The position numbers and the translations under genes were made by a program. Shown in pieces: positions 49,149-58,718 of a stretch of DNA of 64,000 nt; positions within the stretch are counted from its first letter, which is position 1; each line of letters opens with the position of its first letter. Source of the DNA: Bdellovibrionales bacterium (lineage in GTDB: Bacteria > Bdellovibrionota > Bdellovibrionia > Bdellovibrionales > UBA1609); assembly GCA_965199825.1 (NCBI GenBank), contig OZ241329.1, positions 1,984,001 to 2,048,000 of the forward strand, written 5' to 3'. The notes below the pieces were generated by a model. The model searched no databases. It worked only from the letters and a program-made list of their open reading frames with translations, and was not told the DNA's origin.

Positions 49149-51798
49149 CTTTGTGCGCTCTTTCCCTTGCTTTTGCAGGATCAAATTTACCAACTTCGGC
49201 TGCAAGCTCTCCACGACCCGACTTTAAAAAATCGGGAGTTGATAAGACTCTGGGAAACTGCACCGGATAAGTGTCGACCGGTTTTCCATCCAAGCTCAGC
49301 GAAAATTCCCCACCTTGAGAGTCACCACTGAAATCAATCTTCAAATGAGTTTTTTGAGCAAAAGGCTGGTCATTTCGTTTTCTAAAAAACTCTCTCAAAA
49401 TTTTTGATGAGATCTCTTCGTTGCTCACTCGAACCACATGGTTAAGATCGTTTGAATTTCGAACTGCAAGAAACGCCACCGCATTGACCACAGTGTCTGA
49501 GGCCTCAAAGTGAATCTTATATTTCGATTCGATCGAGGCTTTGATCCGATTGAGATGGGCGCGTGCGGTGAGTTGAGCCATTTCAAAACTCAGAGGGCTT
49601 GCCGTTAAGATCCCATCAAGATTTGCAATAAAACTATCAGTGGCATGAGATTGTGTTCTTAAAGTTTGAGGACCAATCAACTGATCGAGCCGCGAAATTT
49701 TTTGTTCTGGAGTTAAGGAGGAATCAAATGCGATGGCTTTTACCTGATCACCAGATAAATTAAATTGTTCGGCTATTTTAGTAGGAAAAAGGGGAAGATT
49801 AGACTTAAGGTCTCTGAGCATTTTGCTTTTCTGCATAGACCAATCGGCCAAAACATCAGAACTCAAGATCGTAATGCCTTCGAGCAAACTTGCAGGATTC
49901 CCATTGTTGTCGACCAATGTGTCATTCGGCGAAAATCCATCCGACAGCCACTGGCTAATTTCGGTATGAGCCATGTCGAATTTTTTAAACCAAAAAACCG
50001 AAAATGGAGTGCGTCGGATAGGCCCAGTAATTTTACCCTCGTCGTCGCTCCCTTTGTATCCAACGTTGGATCCTCTCGCAGACCAAAGATCGGTATTGTT
50101 TTGATAGTGGCTCATGTCAAATTTGAGTGGAGCGGCTTCACGACCAAAATAAGATTCATTAATCACATGTGATATCTCTTCGATTATCGCATCGCTTGCA
50201 CCGCTCACATAAAAGACCATCGCTTTGGTTTCAAGTGCGAGCCCAAAATCACGCGCTTCGAGTTTATCGACGATTGCTTTAAGAATATGATCTTGATCTT
50301 TGATCCGATCATGCCAAACTTTTTTGAGCTGATCGATACGCTGAGCTGGAGTCATCATCATAATCTTTGAGGACACATTAAATTTTTCGGCAATTGCGAG
50401 ACGGATGTCTTTTTCATTTAACATTTTGTCTTTGAGTTCGCGTTGAGTGTGCTCAGCAATTTGCTGATCAATTGAGGCGATCTGTTCATTGGCAACTTGA
50501 AGCTCAGCTCTTGCTTGTCCGAGCAGTTTGATAATTTCCTTGGTCTGATTTCGAGCTTGATAATCCAACACGTCTTCTTCGGCAAGAATACGCTTCTCGA
50601 CTTGAACTTGACGATCCAATTTGAGTTGTGGGCCTTTGCCTAAGGATTGACCTTGAGTCGCTTGATCGGCCAGCTTGTCTAAACCCTGATGCTTTAAGGA
50701 ATCACTCAGCTGCTTTTCAAGATCGGCAACCTCGTTTTTCAACATCATTTCTTGATTAAACAATTCTTGTGTTCTCTCACCCGCATTTTGTGCGTGTCGG
50801 AGATCAGCGGTTGTTCCCCAAAGTTGAGCTTTTTTGATATGAATTTGGTCGGTAAGCTTACCCACCTTTTCGTTAACCCCGAAGATATCACTGGCAGCTG
50901 CAGACAAGGCATACTCGATAACCTGTTCGACCCGAGAACCTAAGGGTTGACCGCGGAAGAGTTGGTTTGTCTGCTCAACCGCTTCGACGATTGCCTTTTC
51001 ACTGATATCGACACCGTAAATCGTTTTATAGATCGGGCGACGCACAATAAATTGATGGATGACTTCTCTCACAGAAGGTTTCTCAATGATTTGGGTCGCA
51101 CCACGGCGGGTGGCCGCTTGATCAGGTTCAATATATTTTCTGTATTCATTAAGGGTAGTACCCATTACGACTTTAAGCTGACCGCGATCCATCAGTCGTT
51201 TGATTTCGCTAATAAAAGTCTCGTTACTCATCATTTGATGAGCTTCATCGATAAACAAAACATATCTACCATTGGCGTCTTGAAGAGCTGTGAGCAGAGT
51301 GGTGATGTTTTTTTCAAGCGCACCACGATATTTTGTTCCCGAAGTGAGCATGGCGTTTTTCAAAACCAAAATCTCATAGCCCTCTCTTGCAAGAGCCTCC
51401 ATCAACGCAGTTTTTCCTACGCCTGGTTCGCCTAAAAGATAAACTCCGGCTTTGGTGTCGAGCAAAATTTTGATTTTTCTTAAATTTGCTTCGCCATTTA
51501 CATAAACATTTTTAATTTTAAATTTGGCTTCGGCAACTTTGAATTCTTTAAGCTCAGCAGCAGAGTTACTCAGTTCCAATTTTTTTAATCTTCTTCGTTC
51601 GACCGTGTACTCGCGGGTCAGGTCACGGGTAAGAATCTGAAACACATTGTCTTTTGTGATCTTTGGTCCGTCAGAGCCCTCGATCTCTCGGCCATTAGGA
51701 TCGACTCCCTCATCACTATTTGCCCCAAAGGCTGCGGGCAAAACAAATACTATTGAGAGTGCGGCAATCGCACAGGTTGTGCGCAAACGGATGAGCAT
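49138..51798 (-). CDS. Signal-peptide-bearing ClpB/Hsp100-like AAA+ protein with a degenerate second ATPase domain
   Basis: D1: GEPGVGKT, GTKYRG, LFIDEAH and GTTLNEYRKYIE.D.A..RR. D2: DMSHY, GYKG and RRTPFSV retained but Walker motifs lost. GAGGAAGG RBS before ATG 51798. Confidence 0.88.
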   Translation of the reverse strand: MLIRLRTTCAIAALSIVFVLPAAFGANSDEGVDPNGREIEGSDGPKITKDNVFQILTRDLTREYTVERRRLKKLELSNSAAELKEFKVAEAKFKIKNVYVNGEANLRKIKILLDTKAGVYLLGEPGVGKTALMEALAREGYEILVLKNAMLTSGTKYRGALEKNITTLLTALQDANGRYVLFIDEAHQMMSNETFISEIKRLMDRGQLKVVMGTTLNEYRKYIEPDQAATRRGATQIIEKPSVREVIHQFIVRRPIYKTIYGVDISEKAIVEAVEQTNQLFRGQPLGSRVEQVIEYALSAAASDIFGVNEKVGKLTDQIHIKKAQLWGTTADLRHAQNAGERTQELFNQEMMLKNEVADLEKQLSDSLKHQGLDKLADQATQGQSLGKGPQLKLDRQVQVEKRILAEEDVLDYQARNQTKEIIKLLGQARAELQVANEQIASIDQQIAEHTQRELKDKMLNEKDIRLAIAEKFNVSSKIMMMTPAQRIDQLKKVWHDRIKDQDHILKAIVDKLEARDFGLALETKAMVFYVSGASDAIIEEISHVINESYFGREAAPLKFDMSHYQNNTDLWSARGSNVGYKGSDDEGKITGPIRRTPFSVFWFKKFDMAHTEISQWLSDGFSPNDTLVDNNGNPASLLEGITILSSDVLADWSMQKSKMLRDLKSNLPLFPTKIAEQFNLSGDQVKAIAFDSSLTPEQKISRLDQLIGPQTLRTQSHATDSFIANLDGILTASPLSFEMAQLTARAHLNRIKASIESKYKIHFEASDTVVNAVAFLAVRNSNDLNHVVRVSNEEISSKILREFFRKRNDQPFAQKTHLKIDFSGDSQGGEFSLSLDGKPVDTYPVQFPRVLSTPDFLKSGRGELAAEVGKFDPAKARERAHKDAK

Positions 51799-51843
51799 AA
51801 CAGAGGTCCTTCCTCGGAATAGAGCCATGGCTACCTAAAAGAA

Positions 51844-51860
51844 TTGCAGGCTATATGCCA
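51844..51860 (-). promoter_or_regulatory. Sigma-54-type promoter of the Clp-like operon
   Basis: Minus strand TGGCATATAGCCTGCAA has TGGCA and GG-N10-GC, about 45 bp upstream of the start codon. Confidence 0.65.
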
Positions 51861-51936
51861 CCGGATTTATCTTAAATTGAGATTCAATAGCAATTTAAAG
51901 CGTTTATGAGAGGGTTTTGACAATCTTGGGTGAGCA

Positions 51937-51955
51937 CTGTCGAGGCTGTAGACAG
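51937..51955. promoter_or_regulatory. Palindromic candidate enhancer (bEBP) site
   Basis: CTGTC-N9-GACAG, about 80 bp upstream of the sigma-54 -24 element. Confidence 0.4.
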
Positions 51956-51969
51956 CTCATTTCGAGCTC

Positions 51970-52003
51970 AAAAAAAAACACCGGCGGGATGGCCGGTGTT
52001 TTT
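51970..52003 (-). terminator. Intrinsic terminator (bidirectional type)
   Basis: A9-CACCGGC-N6-GCCGGTG-T5, downstream of the 52026..52754 gene. Confidence 0.85.
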
Positions 52004-52025
52004 GAAATAACTTTGTAAACGTAAA

Positions 52026-52754
52026 TTAGTTTGCTACAGCAGCTTTTTGGCCGTTGTCATTGCAATAGGCTTGAGCAGCCATAGTTGCGATTTGGGGTTG
52101 AACAACGCCCATACATTTTTCGCAGCTCTTGTTGTCGTTACAAGCAGGATTAACACTGCCTTCACCGAAAACTTCACAAGCACGGTTCACACCTAGGATC
52201 GCAGAAGATGCTGGGCCTAAAGCCTGAACAAATTTTTCTGCGGCTTGATTGATGTTTTGAACATGTGCCGCATTGGTAGCTGCAACAGCTTGATCAAGAA
52301 TCGCTTTCAAGTTTTTGCTCGCGTCGTTATCTTGAGACAAGATTTCAACACCATGACGATCAATAAAGTTGTCTTGAGTGACTGCAAAGTAATTTTGCAA
52401 AGAGCCAGCGATCTGTTTAACAGATTGACCGCGCTCAAGCATTGCTTTCACATCCGCTTTTTGAGCAGGATCTTTTAAAGCTGTTAGGATTTTTTCAGCA
52501 TCCGCAGATTCAGCAGGATTTGATAACGCCTTCACCAATGATGAATTTGTATTCAACTGAATCACATTTACACCCGCTGCGCTGAGTGCCGCATTGACAC
52601 GAGCTTGAGCTGTTGGCGCCTGAGTTGTTACTCTTGGTGCAACTGTCTCAACAGTTTCTGTAGGTGCGCGCATTGTAACTGCGGCGTGTGCGACAGAAGC
52701 GCCCAATAAAGCTGCCACTGCTGACATTGCTATAATCTTATTCCGTACGTTCAT
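52026..52754 (-). CDS. Secreted Ala-rich protein with a C-terminal Cys cluster
   Basis: GGAGG RBS; signal peptide ending AHA; five Cys near the C-terminus. Confidence 0.8.
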   Translation of the reverse strand: MNVRNKIIAMSAVAALLGASVAHAAVTMRAPTETVETVAPRVTTQAPTAQARVNAALSAAGVNVIQLNTNSSLVKALSNPAESADAEKILTALKDPAQKADVKAMLERGQSVKQIAGSLQNYFAVTQDNFIDRHGVEILSQDNDASKNLKAILDQAVAATNAAHVQNINQAAEKFVQALGPASSAILGVNRACEVFGEGSVNPACNDNKSCEKCMGVVQPQIATMAAQAYCNDNGQKAAVAN

Positions 52755-52967
52755 TCTTCCTCCGTTTATTGACGATTCCGTCGTTTAACTTTGATATACT
52801 TTTATTAAAACTTCAAAAACCAAATCGAGATCCGCAGTCTGGCGGACACTTTTTCTAGATATGCAAGATTCGCGACTATAGCAAGCAAAGTTTTATTCGC
52901 TTTAAATGCAATCCCACAGCCATTGTTCACTATACAGACTACAGGCTTGCGTTAAACCTTCACAGGT

Positions 52968-53306
52968 TTATCCCGGTGGCCAACTCAACGTGCGTCCGCC
53001 AAGAATATGAAGGTGAAGATGAAATACAGTTTGCCCACCATCAGTTCCTTCGTTCACGATCAATCGATAGCCCGTTTCGAGACCACAAATTTTTGCGACT
53101 TCTGGAACTTTTAACAATAGGTGACCTAAAAGAGTTTGATCGGAGCTATCAATTTTTGAAATGCCACTGATCGGTTTTTTTGGAATCAGCAACACATGCA
53201 CCGGGGCTTGCGGGTCGATGTCTTCAAACGCTAAACAAAATTGATCCTCATAAATAATTTTAGCAGGAATTTGTTTCGCGATGATTTTATCAAATACAGT
53301 AGCCAT
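52968..53306 (-). CDS. hinT: Histidine triad nucleotide-binding protein
   Basis: [18 protein letters not shown] and [16 protein letters not shown]...WPPG. Confidence 0.93.
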   Translation of the reverse strand: MATVFDKIIAKQIPAKIIYEDQFCLAFEDIDPQAPVHVLLIPKKPISGISKIDSSDQTLLGHLLLKVPEVAKICGLETGYRLIVNEGTDGGQTVFHLHLHILGGRTLSWPPG

Positions 53307-53315
53307 GTTGACCTC

Positions 53316-54959
53316 TTACATCAGTTTGTAGTTGGGCCCGCTGCCACCCTCGCGGGGCTCCCAGCGGGGGCCGAGCACATCGGTGGCTTTACAGTCCACG
53401 CAGTTGGGCGCATTGACTTGGAGCTTACCATCAACCTTTTCATAAACCCCTGCTGGGCACAGGTGAGAATAAAATTCTGCAACCTCTGCAGACACATCTT
53501 GACCAACAGTCAGGTGAGATGGGATGTCGTCGCGCGTTTTATTGCCCGATAAATAGACCGCATCAACCTTACTTAAGCCCGTTTTGGATTGGGGCTCAGA
53601 AAATGTTTTTGGTTCGGCCGCATCTTCGAGTTCGTTTGCGGGGTCGCCAGGGAATAGACCCTGAGTCGCCAACATCAGTGCGGATTTGATTCCACCTTTG
53701 AAAAATCCATCTTTAAATGCCAGTCGCATATTGCGAACTTTATAAAGTTCTTTGTAGATAAAGCTCGATTTGATGGTTTCATCATAAGACTCAAGACTCT
53801 TCTGCGACACATCGTTATTTTTAAGCGCTTTAAAAATTGTACGGGCCGCATAGATTCCTGACATCATTGCATAGTGAATTCCTTTAAGCGCGGGGACATT
53901 CACAAAGCCGGCCGCATCTCCCAAAATTAAAACACCATCGCCACTCATCCGATCGGGCAGAGCATGATAGCCACCTTCGGGAATTGTTTTGGCTCCCCAT
54001 TCGACCACTTCGCCGTCTTTAAGTAAGTTTTGAAAGAGCGGATGCTGCTTCATCTTTTGGAGCAGACCATGAACATCTAAGTTTGAATCTTTGTAATCAA
54101 GCCCAACCACCAAGCCGAGCGAGATCAAATCATCAGCCAAAGGATACATCCAACTGCCGCCGAATGCGGTCTTGGGCAGCGGCCAACCGAGAGTATGATA
54201 AATTGTGTTTGGAACTTTTTTAACTTTCCAAATTTCCTTTACACCAAGTGCATAAATTTGTGGAAAGTGACTCTTGATGTTTTGCCACTTCAAATATCCT
54301 TGAGTCATTGGTCCGCGACAACCTTCAGATAGCACCGTCACTCGCGCAGAAATTTCTGTGGGAGGAGCGTATTGAGATCCAGGCGATCGATCGCGTTTTA
54401 AACCTTGGGCTGTGGTTTTAACACCCACTACAGATTGGCCTTCAACAAACAATCCATCCGCTGGGAAATTTGAAAAAATATTGACCCCAAGCCCTTCGGC
54501 TTTTTCGCCCAGCCATCGGACCATCTCACAAAGTGAACTGATATAATTGCCATGATTATCCATGGGTGGCGGCTTGGGTAAACGAAAACTATTTGTAGGA
54601 GTAAGTAAATAAACTTTTTCGCCTTCAACCGCACGTCGAAATGGAAAGTCTGAATCTTTGAGCTCAGGAAAAAGTTCACGAAATCCCATGGGATTAACAA
54701 CAGCACCCGATAAGTTATGGCTTCCCAGAGAAGGCCCTTTTTCTAAAACACCAATTTGGATATCTTTAAGGTCCGGATCGTTTTTGACCAATCGGGCAAG
54801 TTCAATAGCACCCGAAAGTCCTGCGGGCCCCGCACCCACAAACACCACGTCGAGCGGGACCACATCTTCGCCTTGAGGAGACTTGTTGATAATTATTTTA
54901 TTGAGATCCAGCGCGGTTTGAAAGGTCTTTGGCACAAAGCTCATAGTAACCTCATCCAT
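53316..54959 (-). CDS. Electron transfer flavoprotein-ubiquinone oxidoreductase
   Basis: VGAGPAGL, H.LSGAV, YALGVKEIW, GAKTIPEGG, KGIHYAM.SG and CPAGVYE...NCVDCK. Confidence 0.92.
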   Translation of the reverse strand: MDEVTMSFVPKTFQTALDLNKIIINKSPQGEDVVPLDVVFVGAGPAGLSGAIELARLVKNDPDLKDIQIGVLEKGPSLGSHNLSGAVVNPMGFRELFPELKDSDFPFRRAVEGEKVYLLTPTNSFRLPKPPPMDNHGNYISSLCEMVRWLGEKAEGLGVNIFSNFPADGLFVEGQSVVGVKTTAQGLKRDRSPGSQYAPPTEISARVTVLSEGCRGPMTQGYLKWQNIKSHFPQIYALGVKEIWKVKKVPNTIYHTLGWPLPKTAFGGSWMYPLADDLISLGLVVGLDYKDSNLDVHGLLQKMKQHPLFQNLLKDGEVVEWGAKTIPEGGYHALPDRMSGDGVLILGDAAGFVNVPALKGIHYAMMSGIYAARTIFKALKNNDVSQKSLESYDETIKSSFIYKELYKVRNMRLAFKDGFFKGGIKSALMLATQGLFPGDPANELEDAAEPKTFSEPQSKTGLSKVDAVYLSGNKTRDDIPSHLTVGQDVSAEVAEFYSHLCPAGVYEKVDGKLQVNAPNCVDCKATDVLGPRWEPREGGSGPNYKLM

Positions 54960-54998
54960 AAAGTTTGAAAAATGCGGTCTGTCTTTTTTAACATCGTT

Positions 54999-57062
54999 TT
55001 AAATGCGAGGCAAAAGTACAAGCGATTTTGCTTTGGTGCGTTCCATTAGTAAATCTTGGCAGCTTGAATTCTCTTGGCTTTTGCGGGGTTTTCGCAGCTT
55101 ATACGCCCCTTTTGAATCCATCTCCCAACACAAGCGATGATCGTTGAGGATTAAATTTAAAAATTCAAAAAGTTTTTCGCGCAAAGCTCGATCTTCGATG
55201 GGTGCTGCAACTTCGACTCGACCCATAAGATTGCGATGCATCCAATCTGCCGAAGAAATATAAAACTGCCCATCAATCGGATCAGCTTGACCACGCGAAA
55301 AATAATAAACCCTTGAGTGCTCTAAAAATTGTCCAAGCACACTATAGACCCGAATGTTTTTGCTAAATGAAGCTTGCGGGATCAGGCAGCAAAATCCTCG
55401 CACAATCAGATCGATCTGCACACCTGCTGTAGAAGCCTTGTAAAGAGCATCGATAATGTGTTTGTCTTCAAGGTTATTAAATTTTGCGATAATACGGGCT
55501 GGTTTATTTTGTCGGGCGTTTTCGCTTTCTTCAGAAATCAAATTTAAAAACGAGTTTTTAAGATTAATGGGAGCAACCAGAAGCTTTTTGTAATCACTCT
55601 TTAAACTTCTTCCAGTGAGGTAATGAAAGACTTCGACCACTTCGGAAACAATTTCTGGGCGCGCCGAAAAAAAACTAAGATCGGTATAGAGTTTTGAAGT
55701 GGCGGGATGATAATTTCCTGTTCCGATGTGGGCGTAAGACCGAAATTCCTCTTTTTCACGCCGAACCACAAGGGTCAGTTTTGCATGAGTCTTATGGCCA
55801 ATAATGCCATAAACCACATGGACTCCCGCTTTTTCCATCTCTTGAGCCCAAAAGATATTTCGCTCCTCATCAAGGCGGGCTTTAAGTTCAATGAGACACA
55901 CCACTTGCTTGCCTTTTTCGGCAGCCCGAATCAACGCATGAACAATCGAGCTCTTTTCGCCGGTGCGGTAAAGGGTCATCTTCAGGGCCACCACATCAGG
56001 ATCATCGGCTGCGGTTAAAACAAAACGCTCTACGGAGGTTTTAAAGCTCTCGTAGGGATGATGGACCAACATATCTTGAGTGCGTATTAAATTAAATATA
56101 TTTACAGACTCATCAGCAAGCGGTGGAAGTGTCACTCCACTCCATGGTTTATATTTCAGATGGGGCCGTGGGAGTGATGTCAATGCTGAGAGATCGAAGT
56201 ACTCAAGGGCTTGAGTGTACTCATAGATATCGTTTGCGCCTAAATCCAATTCTTGAACAATAAACTGCAACAACCAAGGGTCGGGATCGGGCCCATGCTC
56301 GATTCGCACCACTTCGGCAAATTTTCGCTGTTTGACCTCCTCTTCGATCATTTCTAGGAGATCTTCTACACCTTCTTCGTCTGCGGCTTCGATATCAATA
56401 TTTCGGGTTACCCGAAAGGCCATCACATTTTTGATTTCCATTTTTGGAAAGAGCAAATCGATATGATGCCGAATCACATCAACAAGGCTCACGAATCTTT
56501 GCGGCGAAGCTTCAAGCCAGTTGGGAAAAACCTGAGGGATTTTAATTCGGGCAAACAGTAAATCCTCTTCATTTGGAAGTCGGAGCGACACCGCGAGCGA
56601 GAGTGATAAATTAGAAATCAGCGGAAATGGATGCCCCACATCAACGGCCATCGGCGTGAGCACAGGAAAAACTTTTTGGTTAAAAAAATCGGTGGCCCAT
56701 TTTTTTTCAGCAGGTTGGAGATCGGCCCATTTTAAAAGTTCGATATTTTCTTTTTTGAGTTCTAAAAAAATTTCTTTATCTAAAAGATGTTTAATTTTTT
56801 GATTGTACTTTAAAACCTTTATTCTGATCTTTGTCAGTTGATCCTCAACACTTAATCCCTCGGCTGCCACGGTCTGAACGCCCGCATACCACTGGCGCTG
56901 CAGACCGCCCACGCGCTTCATAAAAAACTCATCAAGGTTTGAACGAAAGATACTCAAAAAACGCAAGCGCTCTAAGAGGGGAGTGCGGGGATCTTGCGCC
57001 AGAGCAAGAACCCGTCGATTAAATTTGAGCCAGCCAATTTCGCGATTTAAAAGTTTAAGCAT
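54999..57062 (-). CDS. ppk1: Polyphosphate kinase 1
   Basis: NREIGWL.FN.RVL, SNLDEFFMKRV, HPFP.ISNLS, HHPYESF, KMTLYRT, ELKARLDE, GTGNY and SSADWM.RNL..RVE. Confidence 0.97.
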   Translation of the reverse strand: MLKLLNREIGWLKFNRRVLALAQDPRTPLLERLRFLSIFRSNLDEFFMKRVGGLQRQWYAGVQTVAAEGLSVEDQLTKIRIKVLKYNQKIKHLLDKEIFLELKKENIELLKWADLQPAEKKWATDFFNQKVFPVLTPMAVDVGHPFPLISNLSLSLAVSLRLPNEEDLLFARIKIPQVFPNWLEASPQRFVSLVDVIRHHIDLLFPKMEIKNVMAFRVTRNIDIEAADEEGVEDLLEMIEEEVKQRKFAEVVRIEHGPDPDPWLLQFIVQELDLGANDIYEYTQALEYFDLSALTSLPRPHLKYKPWSGVTLPPLADESVNIFNLIRTQDMLVHHPYESFKTSVERFVLTAADDPDVVALKMTLYRTGEKSSIVHALIRAAEKGKQVVCLIELKARLDEERNIFWAQEMEKAGVHVVYGIIGHKTHAKLTLVVRREKEEFRSYAHIGTGNYHPATSKLYTDLSFFSARPEIVSEVVEVFHYLTGRSLKSDYKKLLVAPINLKNSFLNLISEESENARQNKPARIIAKFNNLEDKHIIDALYKASTAGVQIDLIVRGFCCLIPQASFSKNIRVYSVLGQFLEHSRVYYFSRGQADPIDGQFYISSADWMHRNLMGRVEVAAPIEDRALREKLFEFLNLILNDHRLCWEMDSKGAYKLRKPRKSQENSSCQDLLMERTKAKSLVLLPRI

Positions 57063-57080
57063 AGGGCGAAGCTTAACATC

Positions 57081-58256
57081 TTAAGCCTTGCCGAGGAACT
57101 CTTCGATTTCATGACGACGAGCAATTGTATCTTGGTAACCCAACTCAACAAGTTGGCTACAAAATGAGGGCTCAAACAGCAGATAGCTGATCAGCTCCGA
57201 CGATTCGGCAGGATTTCCCAGACCGCTGATAAAAAATTTAATCACACGGGGAAGATCATAACTGGTGTTTTTGGCAATTTCGCCAAGATCGAGGGAGGGA
57301 TGAAGATAAAGGGCTTCGATCGGCCGCATAAAATTGGCATCGGCCCCAAACCCGCTATCAGGTCCACCAAGATTTTGATTGATGATTTTTAATCGCTCAA
57401 GATCCGAATCGATCGCATCCATAAAAATGGCATTGATCAACACCGATAAAATTCGACCGAGAGTGGGATCAAGGTTGGTGGTATCAAGCACAGGCTCGCT
57501 CCGAATTTTTCTTACACCAATCACAATAATTTTATCCGCACCCATATGAATCGCGGGCGAAAGAGGCGCGGTGTTTCTTAAGCATCCATCACCAAAATAA
57601 TGATCACCCACTCGTGTGGGTGGAAAAAATATCGGAATCGAGCTTGAAGCCATCACATGCTCAACCGTAATTTGGGATCGCACCGCAATCCGTGTGGTGC
57701 GTTGCCACATAGGAACATTTAAAGGCCCATCAACAAAAGTCACACCCATAGCCGAAGCATAGTCGGTTGCGGTGATGGTGATTGCTTCAAGGTGACCGTC
57801 TAAAATATTTTGATGAATATTTTCAAATGCAACCGAGCTTAATAATAAATTTCTAAGTGGCGCAGTGTTGAGGAGACCAACGGTCTTTGGCCTTAACTTA
57901 TCGCTTAGGCTTCCAAGTGAAACACCTCGTAAGACTTTTATCGAGTTGGCAAGGACTGCGGCATAGTCGGTTTTAAAAACCTGGTCGGCGGTTAAACTTT
58001 TCCACACTTCGGTCAGTTGATAAGTTGCTTGGTCGAGATCATGCGAATGGGAGGCCAGATACGAGGTGTTGATTGCACCTGCACTGACCCCAGCCAAGAT
58101 CCGAAAGGCCTTTTGATGCCCAATTGTTTTACCAATTTCGAAAAGAGCACGCGCGCAACCTGCTTGATAAGCGCCGCGGGCCCCGCCACCTGAAAATGTC
58201 ATGCCGTATTTAGATGTGTTCACGTTGAATTCAGTGTGACAGATGCGAGTATCCAC
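57081..58256 (-). CDS. Patatin-like phospholipase
   Basis: [27 protein letters not shown] and GDGCLRN.APLSPA. Confidence 0.9.
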   Translation of the reverse strand: MDTRICHTEFNVNTSKYGMTFSGGGARGAYQAGCARALFEIGKTIGHQKAFRILAGVSAGAINTSYLASHSHDLDQATYQLTEVWKSLTADQVFKTDYAAVLANSIKVLRGVSLGSLSDKLRPKTVGLLNTAPLRNLLLSSVAFENIHQNILDGHLEAITITATDYASAMGVTFVDGPLNVPMWQRTTRIAVRSQITVEHVMASSSIPIFFPPTRVGDHYFGDGCLRNTAPLSPAIHMGADKIIVIGVRKIRSEPVLDTTNLDPTLGRILSVLINAIFMDAIDSDLERLKIINQNLGGPDSGFGADANFMRPIEALYLHPSLDLGEIAKNTSYDLPRVIKFFISGLGNPAESSELISYLLFEPSFCSQLVELGYQDTIARRHEIEEFLGKA

Positions 58257-58325
58257 TTCAATCTAGCCTCGACAAAAGCCGTCTAGAGATTTCATTTTAA
58301 ACAAAGTTTGTTATGCTTTAAATAT

Positions 58326-58718
58326 ATGAAAGAAAAACGCAGAGAGTTTCCACGTGAAGGTAGTGACCGCCGAGTGATCGCGCGGTTTTCAGATCCCAAA
58401 GCCCATAGCGCTTTGTCGCAAACTCAAATGTGGGTGAGACTCTTAAGTGCACTGTCACTGGGGTGTGCTGTTGCAGAAATTATTTATGGTGTGATCCAAG
58501 GTGCGCCGGGCGATATTTTATCTGGCGTTTTTATGGCAACATTTTTGGTGATTATGACCATATTGCTTGTGCAGTACTCAGTGGCCATCGGATTTTATTT
58601 AAATAATGAATCAATCAATAATTTAAATATCACATTCGAACGCCAACTCACTTTTTGGAAAGCGGTTGGCATTTTTAGTGTTTTGTTTTTACTGACCTAC
58701 GTGATCTTTAAAATCTAA
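58326..58718 (+). CDS. Small 3-TM membrane protein
   Basis: Three hydrophobic segments; clean ORF between convergent and divergent neighbours. Confidence 0.65.
   Translation: MKEKRREFPREGSDRRVIARFSDPKAHSALSQTQMWVRLLSALSLGCAVAEIIYGVIQGAPGDILSGVFMATFLVIMTILLVQYSVAIGFYLNNESINNLNITFERQLTFWKAVGIFSVLFLLTYVIFKI

Noticed and set aside
49138..51798. Clp-like gene as T6SS ClpV or housekeeping clpB
   Set aside because: No T6SS genes nearby, no Clp N-domain, a signal peptide is present and the D2 Walker motifs are absent
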